Positions 51,199 through 61,254 of a stretch of 64,000 nucleotides of DNA are shown in pieces. The position numbers and the translations under genes are program-made. Location of the stretch: the NCBI GenBank assembly GCA_965203445.1, contig OZ241883.1:1184001-1248000 (forward strand). The letters run 5' to 3'. The stretch is from Candidatus Oxydemutator sp. Its GTDB lineage: Bacteria > Pseudomonadota > Gammaproteobacteria > Poriferisulfidales > Oxydemutatoraceae. The notes under the pieces are model-generated. The model was not told where the DNA came from, made no database searches, and saw only the letters and a program-made list of their open reading frames with translations. The number at the start of each line of letters is the position of its first letter. Positions within the stretch are counted from its first letter, which is position 1.

Positions 51199-53376
51199 AT
51201 GCCCTCTCCGCTGATCCTGCGGGTCGCAATTCCGTCGGCCTTGCCGAAGTGTCTCGACTACCTCGCGCCGACGCCCGCGCCGTCGCCAGGAGTGCGAGTG
51301 TCGGTGCCGCTGGGGTCGCGCTCGGCAGTCGGCGTCGTCGTCGAGGTGCCGCGCGAGACGCGCGTGGCGCACGCATTGCTGAAACCGGTCGAGCGCGTCG
51401 TTGACGAATCCCCCGTCGTTTCGGCGAGACTGCTCGAATTGTTGCAGTGGAGCGCGCGCTATTACCACCAGCCGCTAGGCGGCGTGTTGCGCGCGGCGTT
51501 GCCGACGTTGGCGCGACGCGGCGCGGCGTTGCGGATTCCGCGCGTCGTGACCTGGGAAGGCGCGCCCGGCCGCGACGAGCCGCCGGCCGCCGCCGTCAGG
51601 CAGAAGGCGCTGCTCGCGCTGCTTCGGGATCGGGGGCGCCACGATGAGGATGCGCTGAACCGCCGCTTTCCGGGCTGGCGTCCGGTGATGCGGCGCCTGC
51701 TCGACAGAGGGCTTGCCGTCCGGCGCGAGGAAGCGATGGCCGGCAAACCGCCGTCGCGGCGCCCCCATCCGCTCAACCGCGAGCAGGCGGCGACGGTCGA
51801 GTCGGTGGCCGCGGACTTCGGGCGGTTCCGCCGCTGCCTGCTCGAGGGCGTAACCGGCAGCGGCAAGACCGAGGTCTATCTGGCGTTGTGCGCGCAGGCG
51901 CTGGAGAGGGGCGAGCAGGCGCTGGTGTTGGTGCCGGAGATCGCGCTGACGCCGCAGACGGTCGAGCGCTTTCGCGCGCAGCTGGGAAGTGCGGTGTGCG
52001 CGTACCATTCGAGGCTGAGCGAGCGCGAACGTTTCCAGTGCTTCAGCGCGGCGCGCGCCGGCGCCGCCGCCGTCGTCATCGGCACGCGCTCCGCGGTGTT
52101 CCTGCCGTTTCGGCGGCTTGCGCTGATCGTCGTGGACGAGGAGCACGACGCCTCGTACAAGCAGCACGACTCGTCTTTTCGTTACCACGCCAGAGACGTT
52201 GCGATCAAGCGCGCCCAGCTTTGCAAGCTGCCGATCGTGCTCGGCAGTGCGACGCCGTCTCTCGAGTCGCTGCGCAACGCGGCGGGCGGCCGCTACGAGC
52301 ACCACCGCCTGGCGCGTCGCGCCGCCGGCGCCGCGCCGCCGCTGTGGCGGGTGCTCGACCTGCGCGGCGCGCGCCTTGACGGCGGCTTGTCGCCCGCGCT
52401 GGTCGCGGCCATGCGCGAACGTCTGGCAAGGCGCCGCCAGGTGCTGCTGTTTTTGAATCGGCGCGGTTACGCGCCGGTCACGTTGTGCCGCGATTGCGGC
52501 GCCGCGCCGTCGTGCACGCGCTGCGACGCGCGTCTCGTGTACCATCTGCGCGAGCACCTGCTGCGCTGCCACCATTGCGGCCTGTCGCTGCGCCCCCCCG
52601 ACGCCTGCGCCGACTGCGGCGGCGAGTTGCGGCTGGTCGGCCTCGGCACCGAAAAGATCGAAGAGAAACTGCGGCAGTTGTTTCCCGATGCCGGCATTGT
52701 GCGCGTGGACGCCGACGCGGTGCGGCGCAAGAACGAATTGCAGCACCGCCTTACGCTCATTCGCCGCGGCGACGCCGACGTCGTGCTCGGGACGCAGATA
52801 TTGGCGAAAGGGCATCATTTTCCGGCGATCACGCTGGTCGGCGTCGTGCACGTGGATCAGAGCCTTTTCGCGCCCGACTTCCGCGCGCTCGAACGCTTCG
52901 GCCAACTGGTAACGCAGGTCGGCGGGCGCGCCGGGCGCGGTGCGGACGCGGGCGAGGTCATGTTGCAGACCCACCACCCCGACCACCCGCTGCTGCAAAC
53001 GCTGTTGAAGAGCGGTTACGCCGCGTTCGCGTCGCAACTGCTCGCGCAGCGCGAGGTTGCCGGACTGCCGCCGTACCGCCACCTTGCCGTCGTACGCGCG
53101 CAATCAAGCGTCGCCGGCGAGGCCATCGCCGTGCTCGACCGCGCCCACCGATTCTCGCGCGACATGGCCGCGCGAGAATCGGTGCACATCTACGAACCAG
53201 TGCCGATGATGATGGAGAAAAAGGCCGGCGCCTACCGCGCGCAACTGTTGCTGAGCGCCGGCCGTGCGCGCGCCTTGCACGCCTGCCTGTCGGCCTTGCT
53301 GCCCGAAGTGCGCAAGCTCGCGCGATCGCGCAAACTGCGCTGGCACGTGGACGTGGATCCCTTGGAGGTGGTGTGA
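51199..53376 (+). CDS. priA: Primosomal protein N'
   Basis: GVTGSGKTEVY, DEEHD.SYKQ, LNRRGYAP, Cys clusters and DVDP. Confidence 0.97.
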   Translation: MPSPLILRVAIPSALPKCLDYLAPTPAPSPGVRVSVPLGSRSAVGVVVEVPRETRVAHALLKPVERVVDESPVVSARLLELLQWSARYYHQPLGGVLRAALPTLARRGAALRIPRVVTWEGAPGRDEPPAAAVRQKALLALLRDRGRHDEDALNRRFPGWRPVMRRLLDRGLAVRREEAMAGKPPSRRPHPLNREQAATVESVAADFGRFRRCLLEGVTGSGKTEVYLALCAQALERGEQALVLVPEIALTPQTVERFRAQLGSAVCAYHSRLSERERFQCFSAARAGAAAVVIGTRSAVFLPFRRLALIVVDEEHDASYKQHDSSFRYHARDVAIKRAQLCKLPIVLGSATPSLESLRNAAGGRYEHHRLARRAAGAAPPLWRVLDLRGARLDGGLSPALVAAMRERLARRRQVLLFLNRRGYAPVTLCRDCGAAPSCTRCDARLVYHLREHLLRCHHCGLSLRPPDACADCGGELRLVGLGTEKIEEKLRQLFPDAGIVRVDADAVRRKNELQHRLTLIRRGDADVVLGTQILAKGHHFPAITLVGVVHVDQSLFAPDFRALERFGQLVTQVGGRAGRGADAGEVMLQTHHPDHPLLQTLLKSGYAAFASQLLAQREVAGLPPYRHLAVVRAQSSVAGEAIAVLDRAHRFSRDMAARESVHIYEPVPMMMEKKAGAYRAQLLLSAGRARALHACLSALLPEVRKLARSRKLRWHVDVDPLEVV

Positions 53377-53521
53377 CCGGAGACTGCGAAACCGCTGCAA
53401 CGGGCCGGCCCGCGGCCCGTCGTCGCCACGGCCGCGTCGGGCCGCGTGATTCCCCGGGTGATACGGGGAGTGTGCATTGATCGCCGACGCGCGAGGCGGC
53501 CGTCGCCGCGCACGCCGCGGA

Positions 53522-53872
53522 TCAAAGTTTGCCCAGCCGTCGCTGCCCGACGTAGAACGCGGTACCGGAACTGGCGGACGAAAACGTCACCGTCGTACCG
53601 CTGGCAAAAAACACCACGTCGCCCGGGCGCAGCTCCACGCGCTCGCCGTCCTTTTCGACGATGGTCATCTCGCCCTCCAGCATGAGTTTGCACTCGTCGT
53701 AGCTATAGGTGTACTCCAGCGGGTTTCCGGCCTCTATCCGAAAGAAGCCCGCGCTGATCGGCGCCTGCTCGTTTTCCGATTCCGCCACGTCGCGCAGAAA
53801 CGCGCGAATACCCTCCATCCCCAGAGACGGTATCTCTTCGGCCTGCGCCTGCCTGTAACGTCTGATTCCCAT
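53522..53872 (-). CDS. Cupin (EutQ/Cupin_3-like)
   Basis: SAGFF...YTYSYDECKLMLEGE...L.PGDVVFF..G. Confidence 0.75.
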   Translation of the reverse strand: MGIRRYRQAQAEEIPSLGMEGIRAFLRDVAESENEQAPISAGFFRIEAGNPLEYTYSYDECKLMLEGEMTIVEKDGERVELRPGDVVFFASGTTVTFSSASSGTAFYVGQRRLGKL

Positions 53873-54077
53873 TGAGAAGCCCTCCGTGTTTTGTGGAAGT
53901 GTCTCATTCTATCACTGCGATATTCGCTTCATCCGCATAGCCCCATTACCCCATTGTTTTTGCTTGCATTGATCCCCATATACAATGAATGACCCGCGAC
54001 ATACACAACTGTTTGCGTTGGGGGTATAATCGAACGATGAACGTCTTCTTGGCCAGGGAGCGCGCGGCGTGAGCGGC

Positions 54078-55988
54078 ATGCTGAAAAATCTGATTTTGTG
54101 GGTCGTCATCGCCACCGTGCTGATGATCGCGTTCAACAACTTCGTCGTGCGCGAGGAGGCGCCGACGGCGGTGCCGTACTCGCAGTTCATCGGCGACGTC
54201 AGAAACGGTCAGGTGCGCAGCGTCGAGATAGACGCCGACAACCGCACCGTCAACGGCTTCTACAACAGCGGCGGGCGCTTCACCACCTACAGCCCGGGCG
54301 ACCCGCAGCTGGTCAACGACCTGCTGACCTACAACGTCGAGATCAAGACCGGGCCGGAGAAGAAGCCGTCGTTTCTGACCGAGATACTGGTCAGCTGGTT
54401 CCCGATGCTGTTGCTGATCGGCATCTGGGTTTTCTTCATGCGCCAGATGCAGGGCGGCGTCGGCGGGCGCGGCGCGATGTCGTTCGGCAAGAGCCGCGCC
54501 CGCCTGATGAGCGAGGATCAGATCAAGGTCACGTTCAAGGACGTCGCCGGCGTCGAGGAGGCGAAGGAGGAAGTCTCGGAACTGGTCGAGTTTCTGAAGG
54601 ACCCGGCCAAGTTTCAAAAGTTGGGCGGGCGCATCCCGAGGGGCGTGTTGATGGTCGGCGCGCCGGGCACCGGCAAGACGCTGCTGGCCAAGGCCATCGC
54701 CGGCGAGGCCAAGGTGCCGTTTTTCTCTATTTCCGGGTCGGATTTCGTCGAGATGTTCGTCGGCGTCGGCGCGTCGCGCGTGCGCGACATGTTCTCGCAG
54801 GCGAAAAAACACGCGCCGTGCATCATCTTCATAGACGAGATTGACGCGGTCGGGCGCCACCGCGGCGCCGGCCTCGGCGGCGGCCACGACGAGCGCGAGC
54901 AGACCCTGAACCAACTGCTCGTCGAGATGGACGGCTTCGAGGGGCACGAGGGCATCATCGTGATCGCGGCCACCAACCGTCCCGACGTGCTCGACCCGGC
55001 GCTGTTGCGCCCGGGGCGTTTCGACCGCCAGGTCGTGGTGCCGCTGCCGGACGTGCGCGGGCGCGAGCAGATTCTGAAGGTGCACATGCGCAAGGTGCCG
55101 TGCGACGACAACGTTCGCGCCGACCTGCTGGCGCGCGGCACGCCGGGCTTTTCCGGCGCCGACCTCGCCAACCTGATCAACGAGGGTTCGCTGTTCGCCG
55201 CGCGCGCCAACAAGCGCACGGTCGAGATGGACGACTTCGAGCGCGCCAAGGACAAGATCATGATGGGCGCCGAGCGCAAGTCCATGGTGATGAGCGAGGA
55301 CGAGAAGAAGTTGACCGCCTACCACGAGTCGGGGCACGCCATCGTCGGGCGCTTGGTGCCCGAGCACGACCCGGTTTACAAGGTTACGATTATTCCGCGC
55401 GGGCGCGCGCTCGGCGTCACGATGTTTCTGCCCGAAGAAGACCGCTACAGCCACACGCGCACCAAACTCGAAAGCCAGATCGCCAGCCTGTTCGGCGGGC
55501 GCGCGGCCGAGGAACTGGTGTTCGGTTCCGGTTCGGTGACGACCGGCGCCTCCAACGACATCGAGCGCGCCACCGAGATCGCGCACAACATGGTCACGCG
55601 CTGGGGGCTGTCCGAACGCATGGGGCCGCTTTCCTACAGCGAGGAAGAGGGGCACCCCTTCCTGGGCCACAGCGTCGCGCAGCACGCCAAGACGTTTTCC
55701 GACGACACCGCGCAGGCGATAGACGAGGAAGTCCATCGCATCATAGACGATAATTACCGCAAGACGCAGCAGATCCTGAAGGACAACCTCGACAAACTGC
55801 ACGTGATGGCCGCGGCGCTGATGAAATACGAGACGATAGACGGCGAGCAGATTGACGACATCATGGCGGGCAAACAACCGCGCCCGCCGCAAAACTGGGG
55901 CGACGACGACGTCGACACCGGCGGCGCGGTCGCCGAAGAAGAAGACAGCGGCGACGACAAGATAGGCGGACCCGCCGGCCAGCACTGA
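54078..55988 (+). CDS. ftsH: ATP-dependent zinc metalloprotease FtsH
   Basis: Two TM segments, [20 protein letters not shown] and HESGH. Confidence 0.98.
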   Translation: MLKNLILWVVIATVLMIAFNNFVVREEAPTAVPYSQFIGDVRNGQVRSVEIDADNRTVNGFYNSGGRFTTYSPGDPQLVNDLLTYNVEIKTGPEKKPSFLTEILVSWFPMLLLIGIWVFFMRQMQGGVGGRGAMSFGKSRARLMSEDQIKVTFKDVAGVEEAKEEVSELVEFLKDPAKFQKLGGRIPRGVLMVGAPGTGKTLLAKAIAGEAKVPFFSISGSDFVEMFVGVGASRVRDMFSQAKKHAPCIIFIDEIDAVGRHRGAGLGGGHDEREQTLNQLLVEMDGFEGHEGIIVIAATNRPDVLDPALLRPGRFDRQVVVPLPDVRGREQILKVHMRKVPCDDNVRADLLARGTPGFSGADLANLINEGSLFAARANKRTVEMDDFERAKDKIMMGAERKSMVMSEDEKKLTAYHESGHAIVGRLVPEHDPVYKVTIIPRGRALGVTMFLPEEDRYSHTRTKLESQIASLFGGRAAEELVFGSGSVTTGASNDIERATEIAHNMVTRWGLSERMGPLSYSEEEGHPFLGHSVAQHAKTFSDDTAQAIDEEVHRIIDDNYRKTQQILKDNLDKLHVMAAALMKYETIDGEQIDDIMAGKQPRPPQNWGDDDVDTGGAVAEEEDSGDDKIGGPAGQH

Positions 55989-56021
55989 GGCGGCGCCGCG
56001 TCTGCACGGGGCGGGGCGATC

Positions 56022-57365
56022 ATGGCCACACAAAGAAAATACTTCGGCACCGACGGTATCCGCGCGCCCGTCGGCAGTGCGCCGATGACGCCGGAATTCG
56101 TCCTCCAATTAGGCTGGGCCGCGGGCATGGTGCTGGCGCGCGAGCGCGACGAGCTGATTCTGGTCGGCAAGGACACCCGCGCTTCCTGCGACGTGTTCGA
56201 GGCGGCGCTGCAAGCCGGGCTGACCGCCGCCGGCGTCAACGTCGGCCTGGTCGGCGTGCTGCCGACGCCGGCCGTCGCGTATCTGACGCACACGCTGCGG
56301 GCCGCCGCCGGCGTCGTCATCAGCGCCTCGCACAATCCGTACTCCGACAACGGAATCAAGTTTTTCTCGTCCGAGGGCGTCAAGTTGTCCGACGCGCGCG
56401 AGCTGGAGATCGAACGCCGGATGGAGGCCTCGCTCGAGATGGACGACGCGCCCGGCGCGGCGCGGCGCATCGAGGACGCCGAGGACAATTACGCGGACTT
56501 CTGCCGCGGCCTGTTGCCGGCTTCGGTGCGCCTGGACGGCCTGCGTCTGGCGGTGGACTGCGCGCACGGCGCGACGTGGCGAGTGGCGCCGCGCGTGTAT
56601 CGCTCGCTCGGTGCCGAAGTGACGACGCTGGGCGTCGAACCCGACGGTTTCAACGTCAACCGTGAGCGCGGCACCGTGTCCCCGACCGCGTTGCAGCGCG
56701 CCGTCGCCGAAGGCGACGCCGACCTCGGCGTCGCCTTCGACGGCGACGGCGACCGCGTATTGATGGTGGCCGGTGACGGGCGTCTCGTGGACGGCGACGA
56801 ACTGCTTTTCATCATCGCCGACGGCCTGCAACGCAAGGGTGCGTTGCGCGGTGGCGTGGTCGGCACCGAAATGAGCAACCTCGGTCTCGAGACGGCGTTG
56901 CGCAAGCGCGGCATAGGCTTCGCGCGCGCCGCCGTCGGCGACCGCTACGTGGCGCAGATGATGCGCGACAAGGGCTGGGGGCTGGGCGGCGAGCCGGCGG
57001 GGCACGTCATTTGTCTTGATTACGCGCGCACCGGCGACGCGATCGCCGCCTCGCTGCTCGTGTTGCGGGTGCTGATCGAGGAGCGCACGACGTTGGCGGC
57101 CGCGGCCGCGGCCATGCGCAAATGCCCGCAGGTGCTGATCAACGTGCCGCTGCCGGAGGCCCGCGATTTCAACGGCGGCGAGCCGGCGGTCGAGCGCACG
57201 GTCGCGTCGGCGCGCGCCGCGTTAGGCGGCGACGGGCGCGTGTTGGTGCGCGCCTCGGGCACCGAGCCGCTGTTGCGCATCATGGTCGAGGCGCGCGCCG
57301 AGGACGCCTGCCGATTGTGGGCCGGGCGCATCGCCGACGAGGCGCGCCGCGCGCTCGGCGTGTGA
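56022..57365 (+). CDS. glmM: Phosphoglucosamine mutase
   Basis: YFGTDGIR, ISASHNP, DGDGDR and RASGTEP. Confidence 0.96.
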   Translation: MATQRKYFGTDGIRAPVGSAPMTPEFVLQLGWAAGMVLARERDELILVGKDTRASCDVFEAALQAGLTAAGVNVGLVGVLPTPAVAYLTHTLRAAAGVVISASHNPYSDNGIKFFSSEGVKLSDARELEIERRMEASLEMDDAPGAARRIEDAEDNYADFCRGLLPASVRLDGLRLAVDCAHGATWRVAPRVYRSLGAEVTTLGVEPDGFNVNRERGTVSPTALQRAVAEGDADLGVAFDGDGDRVLMVAGDGRLVDGDELLFIIADGLQRKGALRGGVVGTEMSNLGLETALRKRGIGFARAAVGDRYVAQMMRDKGWGLGGEPAGHVICLDYARTGDAIAASLLVLRVLIEERTTLAAAAAAMRKCPQVLINVPLPEARDFNGGEPAVERTVASARAALGGDGRVLVRASGTEPLLRIMVEARAEDACRLWAGRIADEARRALGV

Positions 57366-57369
57366 CGCG

Positions 57370-58167
57370 ATGGGCGACGTCCGGCCGCTGGTCGCCGCAA
57401 ACTGGAAACTGAATGGTTCGTTGCCGTTCATGGAGGCGTGGGTGCGCACCTTCGCTGAGCGGTTCGGCGCGCAAGCGCGCGCCGCGGTCGAGGTTCTGGT
57501 GTGCCCGACGTTCGTGCATATAGCGCGCTTGGCGCAGTTGCTAAACGACGCCGCTGCGGCTGCCGACGTGGCGCTCGGCGCACAGAACCTGAGCGAGCAC
57601 GAGCACGGCGCTTTTACCGGCGAAGTGTCGGCGCCGATGCTGAAGGAATCGGGTTGCCGCTACGTACTCGTCGGCCATTCGGAGCGCCGTCTGGTGTACC
57701 GCGAAAGCGACGAACGGATCGCGGCGAAACTGCGGGCCGCGGCCGCGGCCGGTCTGGTTCCGGTGCTGTGCATGGGCGAGACCCTCGAGGAGCGCCGCGC
57801 CGGCCGCACCGAGGCGGTGCTCGAACGTCAGCTGGGCGCCGTCGCGCCAGTGCTGTCGGGTTTGGGCGCCGGTGCCTTCGCCCTCGCCTACGAACCGGTC
57901 TGGGCGATTGGCACCGGCGAGACGGCGTCGCCTGAGCAGGCGCAGCAGGCGCACGCCTTCGTGCGCGCCGGTCTCGGTGAACTGCCCGGCCCGCGCGCCG
58001 CCGACGTGCGCATAGTTTACGGCGGCAGCGTAAAACCGGATAATGCGGCTTCCCTGTTCGCGATGAACGACGTGGACGGCGCCCTGGTCGGCGGCGCCTC
58101 GCTTAAGGCGGCCGACTTTGCGCGCGTCTGCGAGGCCGCGTCACCAGCGCCGCGCGATTGCAACTGA
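57370..58167 (+). CDS. tpiA: Triosephosphate isomerase
   Basis: ANWK, GHSERR, AYEPVWAIGTG and YGGSV. Confidence 0.97.
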   Translation: MGDVRPLVAANWKLNGSLPFMEAWVRTFAERFGAQARAAVEVLVCPTFVHIARLAQLLNDAAAAADVALGAQNLSEHEHGAFTGEVSAPMLKESGCRYVLVGHSERRLVYRESDERIAAKLRAAAAAGLVPVLCMGETLEERRAGRTEAVLERQLGAVAPVLSGLGAGAFALAYEPVWAIGTGETASPEQAQQAHAFVRAGLGELPGPRAADVRIVYGGSVKPDNAASLFAMNDVDGALVGGASLKAADFARVCEAASPAPRDCN

Positions 58168-58179
58168 CGAGGAGATCAA

Positions 58180-58623
58180 ATGCTCTACGGGATTTTATTG
58201 GGCGTCGAAGTAATCATCGCCATTCTTCTGGTAACTTTCATATTGCTGCACCGAGGCAAGGGCGCCGACGTCGGCGCCGTGTTTTCCGGCGGCGGCGGTT
58301 CGACGTCGGTTTTCGGCGCCAGGGGGTCGGCGTCTTTTCTGACGAAACTGGTGGCGACCCTGTCGCTGCTGTTTCTGGTCAACAGCCTGGTATTGACGTA
58401 CGTCGCCAACCGCGATTTCGGCGACAGCGTGATAGACGACGGCGCGGTCGAGATGCCGGCGACGGACGACGCCGGGGGTGCGGGCGACGTTCCGCTGGAG
58501 GAGGAGTTTTCCGAGGGCGACGTCCCGCTCGGCGGCCTGCCGCTCGATACTTTTCCGGCCGGCGAGGATACGCCCGGGGATTTGCCTGAGGATTTGCCGC
58601 TGGCGCCGTCCGATTCGCGCTAA
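58180..58623 (+). CDS. secG: Preprotein translocase subunit SecG
   Basis: ILLH.GKGADVGA.F.GG.S.SVFGA.GSA.FL, an acidic tail, and tpiA-secG-tRNA-Leu synteny. Confidence 0.93.
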   Translation: MLYGILLGVEVIIAILLVTFILLHRGKGADVGAVFSGGGGSTSVFGARGSASFLTKLVATLSLLFLVNSLVLTYVANRDFGDSVIDDGAVEMPATDDAGGAGDVPLEEEFSEGDVPLGGLPLDTFPAGEDTPGDLPEDLPLAPSDSR

Positions 58624-58708
58624 TCCGGTGCCGCGGGTTTGTGCGGTGCCTCCCGCGGCCGGGCGCGCGCGTGGAACCCGCGGTGCTACAATGGCGACAC
58701 CGCGCGGT

Positions 58709-58793
58709 GCCGATGTGGTGGAATTGGTAGACACGCTGCCTTGAGGGGGCAGTGGCGCAAGCCGTGCCGGTTCGACTCCGGCCATCGGCACCA
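58709..58793 (+). tRNA. tRNA-Leu(GAG)
   Basis: GCCGATG...CATCGGC-A-CCA, anticodon loop TTGAGGG, long variable arm and GTTCGA. Confidence 0.96.
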
Positions 58794-58836
58794 GTTGCGG
58801 GAACGTCGGAGGTTTGCGCCGTCGCGGCGCGGATGC

Positions 58837-58878
58837 AAAAACGCCGCCGCCGGCAAAGAGCGGCGGCGTCCGATTTTC
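58837..58878. terminator. Hairpin between convergent tRNA-Leu and DUF1326 gene
   Basis: aaaacgccgccgc...gcggcggcgt..tttt. Confidence 0.55.
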
Positions 58879-58896
58879 AGCCGGTGGGCGCTGGGC

Positions 58897-59499
58897 CTAC
58901 GGCTGGTAGGTGAAGGCCGAAGCCAGGCTGGTGGTGCCGGCGTGGCTGTGCTGCTCCTCGTGGTCGTACTTCATCATCTCGGTCTTGTGCATGTGTATTT
59001 CGTGACCGGGAGCGACCGCCAACGGCGGGTTGCTCACGGTTACGTCGCTGCCTTCCGCGCCTTCGACCACCTGCACGCGCGTCTCGCCGACGCCCTCGAT
59101 GACCAGGCTTTTCTGCTTGTCGCCGTAATCAATGTTGATCGAGGCCGAATGCACGCCCATGACCTTGCCGAACAGGCTCGCGATGACCGCCGGGTGACCG
59201 CCGACCTCGCCGCCGTAGATCTTTTGCAACGCCGCCTTCTGCTCGTCGCTGGCCCGATCGTCTATGTACAGGGCGACGCGCCAGTCTCCTTCGGTCAGAT
59301 CGCCGGGCGCGTTCAGGTACAGACTGACGTTCAGACCGCTCAGATCGGTCGAGTCCATGTGTCCTTTGTCTATGATCCAGCCGATCAGCGCCTTGCAATA
59401 GCCTTCCGTCGGCGACTGCAGAAAGATGCACGGACAGACCGCCGTGTCGCAGGAGCAGGATTCAAAATACCTGCCTTCCAGTTTCCAGTTGTCAGACAT
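58897..59499 (-). CDS. DUF1326 domain protein
   Basis: W.LEG.YFESCSC...CPC...PT.G.C, and YIDDRAS.EQ..AL..IY.G..GG. Confidence 0.85.
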   Translation of the reverse strand: MSDNWKLEGRYFESCSCDTAVCPCIFLQSPTEGYCKALIGWIIDKGHMDSTDLSGLNVSLYLNAPGDLTEGDWRVALYIDDRASDEQKAALQKIYGGEVGGHPAVIASLFGKVMGVHSASINIDYGDKQKSLVIEGVGETRVQVVEGAEGSDVTVSNPPLAVAPGHEIHMHKTEMMKYDHEEQHSHAGTTSLASAFTYQP

Positions 59500-59640
59500 T
59501 CCTTAGTCCTCCTTAGGTAAGATGGAATTATCAGAAGTGATTGCCATCACGGGCACACCGTACTACTTTTTCGGCGAGTGCACAACCTCCCGTATGGGGC
59601 CGCGGCGCGCGCGTCCGCGCCCGTGTCCCGTGATAAAATC

Positions 59641-60498
59641 ATGTCGACTCAAGAGGAAAGGGAAGCCGTGCTGATAAAAAAATCTGCTTTCTCGACCACG
59701 GTGCCGCCGCTGCCGCCGCTGACCTGGAAAGACAAGAGCGTCGTCTATATCGGTATCGCCGCGGTGCTCGCGGCGTCGTGGGGTTACATGTTGTACATGC
59801 ACTGGCAGATGCAGAACATGCACCTGCCCGTCAACTGGGACATGTGGATGCCGCCCGCCGCCGGCGGGCGCGCGTGGACGCTCCTCGATCTGAGCGCGCT
59901 GTTTTGGATGTGGTCGGTAATGATGGTGGCGATGATGTTGCCTACGGTGTTGCCCACGGTCACCACCTTTCACACTCTCGGCAGGCGCCGCAAGAACCAT
60001 GGAAGTTTCTCGGCCGAGACGTGGTGGTTCGTGATCGGCTACTTGCTGGTATGGGTCGCGTTCAGCGCGTTGGCGGCTTTGTTGCAATGGCCGCTGCACG
60101 TGACCGAGGTGTTGGACGCGATGATGGAGAGCGGCGGTTACTTGTTCGGCGGTCTGGTGCTGGTCGTGGCGGGGGTCTATCAGTGGACGCCGCTCAAGAC
60201 CGCGTGCCTGCGCTACTGTCGTTCGCCGCTCGGGTTTTTGCTGTCGGCGTGGCGCGACGGCAAGGCCGGCGCCGCCGGTATGGGCGTGCGCAACGGCCTT
60301 TTCTGCCTAGGCTGCTGCTGGGCGTTGATGTTGGTGATGTTCGCAGTCGGCGTCATGAACGTGTTGTGGATGGCGGTGTTGTCGGTGTTCATGTTGGTCG
60401 AGAAGGTCGTCCCACCAGGCACCGCGGTGCGCGTCGGTGCCGGCGTCGCGCTGACGGCCTGGGGTGGCTACTGGCTGGTGCTGTATTTCGCGGCCTAG
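59641..60498 (+). CDS. DUF2182 metal-binding membrane protein
   Basis: MWSVMMVAMMLP, YQWTPLK.ACL..CRSP and GLFCLGCCWALM. The ORF track starts at 59578. Confidence 0.88.
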   Translation: MSTQEEREAVLIKKSAFSTTVPPLPPLTWKDKSVVYIGIAAVLAASWGYMLYMHWQMQNMHLPVNWDMWMPPAAGGRAWTLLDLSALFWMWSVMMVAMMLPTVLPTVTTFHTLGRRRKNHGSFSAETWWFVIGYLLVWVAFSALAALLQWPLHVTEVLDAMMESGGYLFGGLVLVVAGVYQWTPLKTACLRYCRSPLGFLLSAWRDGKAGAAGMGVRNGLFCLGCCWALMLVMFAVGVMNVLWMAVLSVFMLVEKVVPPGTAVRVGAGVALTAWGGYWLVLYFAA

Positions 60499-60507
60499 CC
60501 CCCTACA

Positions 60508-60537
60508 TTGCACCGCTACCGTGGCATCTGCTATGAT
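60508..60537 (+). promoter_or_regulatory. Sigma70 promoter for tRNA-Met
   Basis: TTGCAC-N18-TATGAT with an extended TG and a GC-rich discriminator. Confidence 0.6.
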
Positions 60538-60552
60538 ACGCGGCTGAGCAGG

Positions 60553-60626
60553 TGCGGGGTGGAGCAGTCTGGCAGCTCGTCGGGCTCATAACCCGAAGGT
60601 CGAAGGTTCGAATCCTTCCCCCGCTA
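60553..60626 (+). tRNA. Initiator tRNA-fMet(CAT), CCA not encoded
   Basis: TGCGGGGTGGAGCAG...TCGGGCTCATAACCCGA (three G-C pairs)...CCCCGCTA, with a 1:72 mismatch. Confidence 0.95.
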
Positions 60627-60809
60627 TACCCGTTCCGATAAAACGTCTCCTGCTCCACCGCGCCTCCCCCCCGATCCCCGTTTCTACCGCCCGTCGGACG
60701 GCGCTATGCCGTTTCTGCTGTTCGTCTTAAAGTCGGTACCGCTCGGCCAAGTCGCGGTCCTCCTCTACTGACGACGATTGTACGTTGCCTGCTCGATCAG
60801 GGAGGCAAC

Positions 60810-61244
60810 GTGAATCGCTGGATAAAAATCACAAACCGCTGCTGCCGCGAACCGGTGTTTTGGGCGGCGGTGTTGACCGCCGGTTTCGGCGCCTGGTTGT
60901 ACGGGCACGAGGCCGACTACCCGAGCGCGCCGCCCGCGCGCCACGCCGTCGCGCCCGTGCCAAAGCAGCCGGACGTGGGCACCGCTCCGGTTCCGCGTGC
61001 CGAACGCTCGCGGCACGGGGTCGGCGATGAAGTTGCAGGCCAGGCGGCGCCTGCCCCCGACGCGACCAAGGCGAGGCGCCTGATGCGAGAGGCGAACGCG
61101 CTAATCGCCCGCGGCGACGAGTTGCTGCTCGAGGCGGGACTGCCGGACGAATTCCTGGAGCGCGCTTCCGTCAATCCCAAAACCATCCGACGTGCGCTGG
61201 ACGACGCCGACGAGCGTTTGCGCCGGGATGCCCGTTCCCAATAG
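60810..61244 (+). CDS. Hypothetical membrane-anchored protein upstream of the toxin-like gene
   Basis: GGAGG RBS and GTG start, one N-terminal hydrophobic segment; ends 10 nt before the next gene. Confidence 0.6.
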   Translation: MNRWIKITNRCCREPVFWAAVLTAGFGAWLYGHEADYPSAPPARHAVAPVPKQPDVGTAPVPRAERSRHGVGDEVAGQAAPAPDATKARRLMREANALIARGDELLLEAGLPDEFLERASVNPKTIRRALDDADERLRRDARSQ

Positions 61245-61254
61245 GGAGGATCTA

